DNA from: Yuukianura sp. NJ FZ-2021
Lineage: Eukaryota
Length of the DNA: 64,000 nucleotides
Direction of reading: 5' to 3'
NCBI GenBank assembly: GCA_046563655.1
Contig: CM102288.1
Location: 868,001-932,000, forward strand
The position numbers and the translations under genes are program-made. Below the pieces are notes generated by a model, which saw only the letters and a list, made by a program, of their open reading frames with translations, ran no database searches and had not been told where the DNA came from. Below, one piece after another: positions 13,518 through 23,800 of the stretch (the first letter of the stretch is position 1; the number at the start of each line of letters is the position of its first letter).

Positions 13518-16500
13518 TCAGGCAATGCCGCCAACGTCAATGACTTCTTTCTTGTCCTTATCTTTGCCGTGACCTTTCCCTTTGCCCTGACCTTTTTCTT
13601 TGCTGTTACCTTTCTCTTTGCTGTTACCTTTTTCTTTGCTGTGATTTTTTCCTTTGGCGGGGGCAGCGGTGGGTTTCACTTTTGCCGCCGGCACACACAA
13701 ATTCGCACCATCATCAACCCACCCAATCTTTTCCTTGGTTTTGGCATTCTCCTTCTTGAGCCACTCATGAACCGGTTTAAAATACTCCAGGAACGCAGCA
13801 GCGCTAAGCTTCGACTCTCCAGTTGCCACTTTCAGCGCTTCGGTCCAGGAAACGGACGATCCCAATTGCAGCATTCCTTTCAACCGAGCTCCAGCCTCCT
13901 TACTGCCGAAGATGTCACACCTATGAAGTGGCTTTGCGGGGTCCTTGGGGTCATACTCTTTGGCTTCCAGACACACGCTCTTGTGAAACATCAACTGCGA
14001 AATGGCGGCAATGAAGTAGCGAAGGTAAGGTGTACCTAGATTACAAGATAAGCACAATTTAAAACAATTTTTAGAAAAACGTTTTTGAAGTGTTGTTTTT
14101 CGTTTTTAGGACGAAACGGACTTGATGGAATGTGATATTTGGCTCCCGGGTCGAAATCAGCTGACGTGCGGACATTGGGTGGTTTGAGGCCTTGGAACTG
14201 TCGTCTGTACTTCCACCACTGGCAGTTGTACTCTTCCGGTTTAACCTTGGATTGAAAAGTGTCCCAGCGCCATTTTTCTACGACGAGAGAAAACGGCAAG
14301 AAAGCGACTTTTGCGAGAGCTTGATTGTACAAGAAGTTGATGTCGTACTCGTAGCTGTCGTCGGACTCTTCCAGAAGACCGAGTTGCTTGAGATGTTTCG
14401 GAGCAGACACAGAGTAGGCTATGGTGTCACCCAGAGCTTCGTGGAATCCTACGGTACATCATTGGTTAATTGACAATTAACAATTAAGTAAGTTTTAATT
14501 GCAAAATTTGAACATATTTTCAGTAGAAGAGTGCTGGATTTACCGTCGTTGGCGGCATCTCGGAAGTATTGAATCTGTCCTTTGTAGGACATGTAGTAGA
14601 TGATGTGTCCCAACTCGTGGTGAACCTAACAAAAGGTAATTAAGTAGTTAAGTAATTATTCAAGTACCGTATTTTCGCGTAGATAATACGCGTATTATCT
14701 ATGAAATTTCAAGGAATTTGGGCGAGAATTTTTTTTTAATTTTAAAATCAAAGAAAATTTTTCACTGTAGAACGTAATGATGCTTTAGCTACTAAACCTA
14801 AACTATTCTAACTTAACTAAAGCTAATTTTTTGGAGAGATATTGACCCGGGAGCATTTTTTTTCTTCCACGTATGCCCGAAAAATCTACAGCTTTTCTAA
14901 CAAATCCTTCGGAAGTGACCAACCGCAGTACTTTATCGTATTGAAAACTTGTTTCTTTTCATGAATCTGACATACCAACCATCACCCGCGCAAAACTCGG
15001 GTAATTCCTTTCATTTGTGTGTGTGCCAAAGCCATACATTTCATGGAGTGTAGCGTACATTTCATAAGTTTAAATGAGAATTGGTTAACGTTGATTTTAA
15101 ATTTGAAAGAGTCCCGTACCTTACTGAAGTCCCTGTCACCCGGGCTCTCGGGTTACGTTTTAGAAAAAGTCGACTCACTAAACTAGAAGCTTGAACTCGG
15201 CGGTGTACGATTTTCGTGACACCTTTTGTTTAGGATTCATGGTTGGTTAAAGTCAAAAGTATAAATTAAATGCGTACATTTAAGTTAAAAAAAAAGTTTC
15301 CAGAAAAATGAATTATTCTTAGATTGGGAAACTTAATACGCGTTGTTCCCGCCCAAACCCAGTTGTAGTAAATTTTGAAACTGCGTACTATACACGGGAG
15401 CGTATTATAGACGCGAAAATACGGTAATTGAATTACCTTGAATTACTAATTTTCGTTTTGCACTTACAGTAACCAAATCCTTTTGATTCACTTGGGTACA
15501 CATGCGAATACGGAAATCTTTGGCGTTGCAAAAATCCCATCTAATAGTGAAAATGAAGGTAAAAAGTGAAGTTATTATGAAAAAATGGAAGAAAGTTTTT
15601 GAAATTTTATGTAATTTGATATGTTTTTGGTTTTTTTTTAGTGCTTACGCAGTTGGGTGACAACTGATTTCTCTTCCTTCCGGTTTTTTCAAGACGCTGC
15701 CATCCCAAAACTCTTGTGGAAGTGGATCGAATCCTAGCGACTGGAAAAATTCGTCACCCAATTGAAAAATTTTTTCAGGCGTGTAGTCTTGTTTCACCAT
15801 GGCTTCCGTTACGTCTATCGACGTCTTGTTCTTAAACGGAACCGTTTTCTCTGAAAGTGTCGCCCAGTTTTGACCTGTCGAAAACCAAAACAAAACCAGG
15901 TACTACAATATTATATTTATAACATTTGACTCATGACTCATAACCTGTTAGTCACTGACTCATGACTCTTGACTCACAGATTCATGGATGACCAAACTTA
16001 CAACTTACCCCACATGTCACCAAAAAGATGAGCCGGAATGAGCCCATCTTTAGCAATTTTCTTGTCCGGAAACTCTTGAATCAAATGTCTTCTTATGTAA
16101 GCGTGAAGCTGAAGATAGAATGGTTTGACCTCTTCCCACAGCTTGAAAATATCTTTTTCCATATTCGGATTCTCATAGTTGTCCAACCACATTTCGTAAG
16201 TGTCTTTGAACCCATTGAGTACAGCAGCCTTTTGATTGAACTGAACATACTGCATGTACTGATTCGCAATTGGTTTTCCAGAAGCATCTCTCCAAGCAGT
16301 CCAATAGTGGGCCAGTTCATCATAGTCACGCGATGCGGCAAAGACGTCGTCCAGCTCAGGACTCAGAGCCATGTCACACTTGGTTTTGTCAGTGTAGGAA
16401 CATACCTTGGCTGTCCCGTAGATCGTTGACATGTTCTGCACAATGGCTTCAAATTTCTCAACGTCCTCGTCACTCAGCGCCTCTGTTTGAATGTTACTCA

Positions 16501-16921
16501 TGTACTTGAGAATTCGCTTCAGCGTTTCGTTTTTGTACGTTTTTCGAGGAAACCCTTTGGCTTTTTCCCACAGTGTCTTCTTGTACTTGGAATATTCAAT
16601 GCCAGTGACCAGACTCGCGTTTTTCTTTTCTTCTGTCATGTCAATGGCTACAACCAATCAGGTAACAGTTTACGACAACCAATCACGTGACATGTCGTTA
16701 AGTCTTTGTGTTAATACTTTGCTTTTTACCAACTTACAGTAGGACCATTTGCTGTCGACCGTTTTGAAGCACATGTCGCCAAGCTCCTCTTCGATGGAAA
16801 CCAGCCAATTAATGGCATCCTGTTCAGTTAGTGGTTTGCCACCTTCTATGGTGGTCAAAGTTCCAAGAAAAAAAGACAAAAGGACGACAAACCAAGACAG
16901 CGACATTGTCGTAGTCGCCAT
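13518..16921 (-). CDS. Ace: Angiotensin-converting enzyme (peptidase M2), single domain, secreted
   Basis: Signal peptide; IPAHLFGDMWGQNW; CHPTAWDF; zinc motif VHHELGH (~14605-14625); GFHEALGDT; DFDPGAKYHIP; PYLRYF. No TM anchor; Lys-rich C-terminal tail. Confidence 0.95.
14667..15424. mobile_element. Tc1/mariner-pogo (Tc2-like) non-autonomous element in ACE intron
   Basis: TIRs CCGTATTTTCGCGTAGATAATACGC / GCGTATTATAGACGCGAAAATACGG, flanked by TA on both sides; no ORF. Confidence 0.85.
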
Positions 16922-17313
16922 ATCTTTTTACCTGCGCAGTCGCCAACGGAATGAAGTCGTCAGGCACTACGTTCTTATGCTTATGGAAAGTTTCGGTAAG
17001 AATTTCTCCACTTTTACGACGAATTGTTTCCTTTGCGGCAGTGCAAATGCTGTCACGCTTTCAATTGTGACGCAATGTTAACCGATCCAACTCAAGGCCA
17101 ACGTTATGAACAATTCGTTTTTTCTTAGTTTCACTAAAATCTATTATTCATTTGGCCTTCAACGTTTTTAATACTGCTCTCACTCTCACTTTCTTAAGGC
17201 AACAATAGTGCGGTGAGTCAAAAATGGTTTTCAAGCATATTTTTCAGAAAATGCTTAGAAGTATTTTTATTTTTTGAAAATTATCGTCAGTAACATAGTA
17301 AGTTTGAGTAGAA

Positions 17314-17997
17314 TTAGAAGTAGTAGTAATAACACATGCCAGTGATGACCAAGTCACATGCTAAGATGTAGTTGTCATACCTCGGTGGACTCTGGACCAG
17401 AAACAGGTCGTCTGGAATGTACGCTTGTAGATTTGGTGGCAAAACGTAGTATGAATTGGTCGTATCGACGGGATAAAAGGTGTAGAATGAAACCAATTCA
17501 TTGATATTTCCAACTGCCTCGCCCATAATGGCTGTTTGACCCACCGTTGACCCCACCCCAGAAGTGTCCACCAGAGTAGTTCCTGTGTTGACTAATCCTA
17601 GACCAATGTTAGGGTTGGCTACACTGGGCAAACCAAAGCCAAGTCCTAGTGGGTCCACCACTCCTGGTCCATTGACGAAAGTCCCACCGACAGCCACCGA
17701 TGGTGGGACGCCCATGACAGCTGGAGACCCACCCATGGCGTCCACTGCTGTCGTCATCACTGGCGTCCCAAGAGAGTCCACTGTAAGCGTCGAAGCTCCG
17801 CTGCTAACCAGTTGTCTCGCATGTCTTTCCTAAAATTCAAAAAAAAATTGCAACTAGATTTTTTGAAAAAAATTTCTAGAAGGAATTTTGCAAGTAAAGT
17901 TACTACCACTTACATGTTTCACTGCTAAAGTTGCAGATTGAACACTGTAACAAGAAAGTAGGAGTGAAATAGAGACTAACAAAATTGTGTAATTCAT
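17314..17997 (-). CDS. Orphan secreted Gly/Val/Pro-rich protein (~199 aa)
   Basis: Exons 17997-17914 and 17829-17314 join in phase 0. Signal peptide MNYTILLVSISLLLSCYSVQSA, an RHAR furin-like site, and C-terminus ACDLVITGMCYYYYF. Confidence 0.75.
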
Positions 17998-18688
17998 TTT
18001 AGAAATTGTTGAAAGAGAAAATTTTGAAAAATTAACACAAGAGTGTTCAATTTTTGTGTGTTTTTACTGTTCTAAATTCTTTTTCTGAACTGGAAAATAT
18101 TGAATTTGTCTTCAAACTTCTGAAGCTGAACATCTCACACGCTCTTTTATTCAATTTTTTTATCTTTGCATTTACCGTTGCATGGTAATTCCAGAAAGAT
18201 TTTTTGAAAAAGGATCATTTTCTAAAGGTCAAGGCAAATTCAAAAGGCTCACGTAAAATGAGGTCATTCATTCAATTTCTTCGAAAAACAGAAGCAATTA
18301 GGCCTTAACTCAAATCCTCTTCTTCCGATATGCCCAAACCGCTTTCATTCTAAAAGATCACTTCCTAAAACGCGGGGAACAAAAAAACATAATCTTTTTG
18401 CGTCATAAAACTACTTACTTTTCAGTTTTATCCGAAAAATCTCCAAAATTTTGATACCTTTCGAATATTTTCTTCTTAAAATGAACCTTTAAGGAAACTG
18501 TTGTGAAGATTTTCCTGAATTCTTTGCTTAAAAAAGTAAAGACTCTGCGGATTATTTATGTTGCAATTTTAATTTTCTTATTTTCACAACTTTACTACGA
18601 AAAAGAGTTTTTTTTAGAACTTAGTTTTTAGTTGTTTTTTTAATAAGATTGAAATGTATAAGTTTCCAAATGATTGATGAAGTAAAAT

Positions 18689-19415
18689 TCATTTGAAGTC
18701 CACAACGGTGCAATCTTCTACGTACTCGTCCAAGAGTGGATCGTAGTATTCGTCACAAACTTCGTAGTAATCGTCGTAGTAATCATCGTAGTAATCGTCA
18801 TAAAAATCGTTTCCATACATTCCACCAATGGGTGAGTACATCGGTGGTGGGTTGAAGACGGCTGGACGACCTTGAGTTGCCAGTCCACCACCAAAGTAAT
18901 CACGGTCAGTCCCACCACTTCCAAACATGTCCCAAAAACAACGACCAAGTCCATTCGGATCACATGGGCGGGTGGGGCTTTTTGGTGGGTCAGCCCCACC
19001 GGAAATCATTGATCTTGTCAATGGTGGGTCATAGCGCTTCCTTGAAACTGACATTCCTGATGGTCTTTTGAGATATGGGTATGTCCTTGCAATCATCTGA
19101 AAAATAATCAGAAATTTGTAGTATTGAAAACCAAAAATTGAAACTTTAGTTTTGATGCTGAATGAGATATAATAGTCCTTAATTTGAGTCCTTTTTTTTA
19201 AGAATTCGTTTTCGTTTTTTTTTTTGAAACAAAAACTCAAAATGTGAACAACTTGAACTTACGAAATTTTGAGGATTTGCATTTGAAAATTTTATTCTGC
19301 TGCGACCGGTCCTTAGTAAAAGTCTTCCTCTTTGTAATGGCTTTGAGTCCACGAACAATGAAGACTCAAAAATCAAAATCAGCGCCAAAACACAAAAAAC
19401 TTTTGCGCTCAGCAT
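18689..19415 (-). CDS. Orphan secreted Tyr/Asp-rich protein (~186 aa)
   Basis: Exons 19415-19263 and 19096-18689 join in phase 0. Signal peptide MLSAKVFCVLALILIFESSLFVDS, KR/RKR sites, and a YDDY-repeat C-terminus. Confidence 0.78.
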
Positions 19416-19934
19416 CCCAAAAACTTGAAAAAATTCAGTTTTCTAAAACACGACTAAGCTGTTTCTTGTTTTAGAATTCGGAAACTTTGTCTTGTCCCTA
19501 TCTTCTCCAAAATCAGACTAAAAATGTTTTTAAGGAATTCGTACCAGCGGTACTAAATTCAATTGACCTTGATACCTTAAGGGCTCTTAGTTTTGTCCAA
19601 TTTTTTAGGTCAAGGTCAATTGCAGACCCTACGAACAGTTTTATGACACCAAACTTTGTAAACAACCGAACTGAAAAACGTTTTACACTCTAAAATTGCC
19701 ACTACTCGCTTCAATTCAAAATCTCAAAAACGAAAAATTCAAATTTCCAGTGTCAGTTGTAGTTTTGCTTGGCAAAGATTGATTTTATTTTACACCCAAA
19801 AATTTAATGAAAAGAAAATAAATATTTCTTTAAAAAGTAAATTGAATTTACTAAAAAGATGAAAAAATTAATGGTAGAGAGGTTCTTTGTCCATGTTGAC
19901 CGATTGACCCAGAATTTCAATTCCATTTTGTTGT

Positions 19935-20447
19935 TCAAATGTGATGATGTCCAAGGCCATGGCGTTCCTAATCCAAAATTCAGAAAAACTTGGTGATTTT
20001 TTTTTGAAAACAAAATGCTATGAAAATTTTGTGAACACATTCGCCGGTTTACCGAATGGTGTTTGACAATATGTCGCTCATGATGAATTCCACCAGTTTG
20101 GACGTGGCCGTGACCGTGACCCAGAGCGCCTCCTGTGCTATGCCCTCCTACCGAATGTCCAACTCCCTACAATTGTCAAGGTCAAAAATACATATTTGGT
20201 AATTCAAATTTTCAAATTTCAATTTTCTGAATTCGTGTTTTGGACTTACATGTCTCAGAGTCCCACCGACGACCCCACCAACGTGGGGAACGTGGGGCTG
20301 CGGTGGATGTGCTGGACGCAGCGGCTGAATTCCTCCGACCACGCCCACAGACGGAAGTGCGCGATGTGAGTGTCTCGAGCTGAAACAAGGCGTGGGACTT
20401 CCTTGCAAAACCAAAATACACAGAATTGCAACCACAAAGGCCTTCAT
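19935..20447 (-). CDS. Orphan secreted His/Gly-rich peptide (~114 aa)
   Basis: Exons 20447-20250, 20166-20053 and 19967-19935, all phase 0 GT-AG. Signal peptide MKAFVVAILCILVLQG..., then GHGHGH...IHHERHIVKHHSERHGLGHHHI*. Confidence 0.75.
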
Positions 20448-20896
20448 CTTGTTCAAAGTGTTGAGAATTTTAAATTTTCAATTTGAAAATCAAGTTCAAG
20501 GGAACTCTGTCTGATTGTGACTGTGTCAATGTCAAGGAAAGGGAGAGTACTTAAGGCTCTCTTTAACGCCAAGGGGAGACAAGATCTCTCGAAGATGAAA
20601 TGCAATACCACTTCTCAAGGTTAATCTTTGGAAATCCCAGGGTTTCTTGAAGATCCTGTTTGAAACAAAGGAAAAGAGCCCTTAAGGCTTCTACCCAAGG
20701 ACCCTGGAAGATCGCATTCCAAACAGATCAGTTTCAAACACTTAGGGAATTATCTTGAGACAAAAAAAAACGAAATATGCTCAGTCCCGTTTGAATGGAA
20801 AAACCCAGTGACCAAGTTTTTAACAATGAAATAAAATGTTATTATATTTTATATTTATAATATTTATGTATTTATTATTTATAACAATAATATAAA

Positions 20897-23800
20897 TTAT
20901 TGATTCAAAGGTCTAAGATGTAGAAGTTGATAAGGAAGATGAAGAGTTCTGTTTCTGTATTCAACTATGAAGTGACCTCTCCTTAGTGACGGTCCAATGA
21001 CAGCCACTTCAATCTGCTCGCCTTTCTGCAGTCGAACTTCGTTTGATCCTACTAAGGCCACATCTTCTGCAAAAAAAAAAAAAAAATCAAAGGTCAAACT
21101 TCGTTTTTGGAACTTTTTAACAACGCTTGCTTTTGACTTTTGGTTTTTGAATTTACCCGCAGGAAAGTTTCTCCGCATTGTCCGAGTTTGCGGAAAACCG
21201 TATTTTTTATTTCCGATAATCGTGTAGCTTCTGCTAGGTGGGACCAGGGGTGGCTTTTCCTACAAAAAATGTAACAAATTTTAGCTAAAGTGTAAAATTT
21301 TGAAATGTAAGAAACAAAATTCGTGAAATTGAAATTTTGATTACCAAGTCTACTCTATGGGAAGCAGTTGATTGTAGCGTCATTTTTGGCAATGGTGGGT
21401 TATTCACTGGTGGGGCTTCCGGTGGTGGAGTACAGGCAATGGGTTGTGGCCTGGGGCGTCCACTGCTTAGTGCATCTGAGGTGCTAGTGGGATTTGCTCC
21501 AGAAGTTGACCCTTGACCTTGACTATCTCCATGAATCACTGCTGGTAGATTTTTGTAATTTTGAGTACTGCCAGCATTTGTGGCTTGTTGAGCCTGAGAA
21601 CAACTGCTAACCACTGCAGCGGAAGACGTTCTTTGACTGGGTACTGGAAATGCTTGCGGCAGCATTCCACCATTTCCTTGAGACTTGGCAGTATTTAGAA
21701 TGAGACGCTCTGTTAGTGGACCGTCAGTACGTCTGTCAACTTCTATTCGCACTGCAGGGTCATTGACCTTTGACAATTGGGTTCTCTGGCGACATCTTTG
21801 CTGAATCACATGTCGCCAGCGACGTCTGCAGTTCCAACCGCGGTAGGACGCTTGGATTGTCGTCGCTGCCCGGTTTCTGGTCGTTTGTCTCAGATTTTCA
21901 AGTTGCTGTCGAGCTCCCTCACTTTGGGAAGAAAACTCATTTTCATTTCAAAATTTAAAAAAAAATGCAATTTTTTTTAAAATGCAAAATTTTGAAAAAC
22001 TCTAACCTTAGAAAAACATGTCGCTTTCCAACAGCCCAGCCCATGGAAACATGTCCAAGGGCGTCTCGGCCACTGCTGTCCAGGGAGGCTTCAAATGTGT
22101 CCAGAATTCTCTGAGCGTCTTCTATTGCATGATCGTCTGTTTTAGAAAGTTGTTCAAATGGAACAGTCAGTTTGTAACGAGAATTGAATGCTTTGAAGCG
22201 CATGCGATGTGGGTAGCCATTGGTCATGAGATTCACGGTCTCCAGAACTTGAAAAGCCCGCAGTTGCTTAGAAACGGTGTGACGGTCAAAGAGATCACGG
22301 TGCTCGTTTTCGTTAATTTTTAAACACCGAATGAAATGGGGTTTGGTGTGAACTAAAGTACGCAGAAGATTGTCCAGTCGAGTGTGGAAGTCTTGTGTTA
22401 AAGTGGACACAGGTTCTTCACCATTGAGCCTACACAAAAAAGTTCAACATTTTTGAAATTTTCAAAATTTTGAACTTTTTTCAAAATTTACATTTCTGTA
22501 TTTGATGTAGGTTGAATTCGAAATGAGATTCCTTTGGGACATGGATCCACGGTTCCACCGGCTCCAAGAACTTTCAGTTCAGAAGTGAAAAGGTGACTGG
22601 CAAAACCAAAACTGCAACGATGCTTATGAAATACTGCCACCAAATCATCAGCTAACACGTCACGATTTGTTTCTAAACAACAACAAAATTTTGAAAATTG
22701 ACAAACTTCTAAAAAATTTTGACAAAAATAATTTTTCAAACCCAAAATTTCCAAATGCCTACCTAAGAAATTTGTAGCATCGTAATAGACTTTTGCACTG
22801 TAGTGATGAATTGCAAAAGATCTTTGGTCAGCTCCGCGTGATTCCAAAAATCTTGAATTTGACGTGTGCTGAATTTGTACTTTTTGGACGTAACTTTCCA
22901 CGGTGCCACGAACTGAACATTCTACGTCCAACATACTCAAAAGTCCAGTACGCTGAAATTCAAAATTTCAAAAACAAAATAAAAAATTTCATCAATTTTT
23001 TTCAAAAAAGGATTTGGTTTCTTACCAAAGACGAGATGAGGTCAATACAAGGTACATTGTCGTGATATTCAATTTCATCACACCGAATTCCCTCTTCTCG
23101 GCACGATTCGATACATGCTTTGAAAATATGCGTATTATAAAAATGTTGCATCGTTTCAGCACACAAATTGATACAAAGATGTTCCAGTCTACTTCGCTTG
23201 ATATCTTCAAAACCAAACATATCCAGCACGCCGATGAATCCATCCGTGGCATGTCGAACTGCCGCCCTGGAATCAACGTCACAAAATAAGGTCATGTAAT
23301 ATGGTCAAAAACAATTTGGTCAAAAAGTGAAAAGGTCAAAAAGTGAGAACATCAAACCTTGCCTCACAAAGCCTACCCTACTTATGTAAAGGTTGGCATT
23401 TTCACTTTTTGATCTTTTTACTTTTGATCAAATCGTGTTGACCATTTCACCACCTACGGTGTCTTACATGAGTGCAGTCATGGATTTGGAGGCTTTTGAT
23501 CCAGCAGTTCCTACTGTAGAGGCGTGTTGACTAGCTACTTCGGCTTGATTATTGACGGAATCAGCCGAATCGGAACTGAGCGTTCCCGAATGAGAGTTGA
23601 GCCGTTTGAGACTATTGGCTCTGCGCACAATCGTTGCGACTGTACGACAATACAGGGATTTGGCAAGAGCATCACGAGTTGTATTGGACAAGTTGGCATC
23701 ACAACGTGATCTGATCAGGTGACCTCTAGCGTTGTGCGTTCGTACGGTCAGCCCTTGTCGCAAAGCGATTTCACTGACACCGAGGAGAGATGCGGCAGAT

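Noticed and set aside
13509..14039. Hydrophobic 176-aa plus-strand ORF resembling a membrane protein
   Set aside because: It is the reverse complement of the Lys-rich ACE tail repeat.
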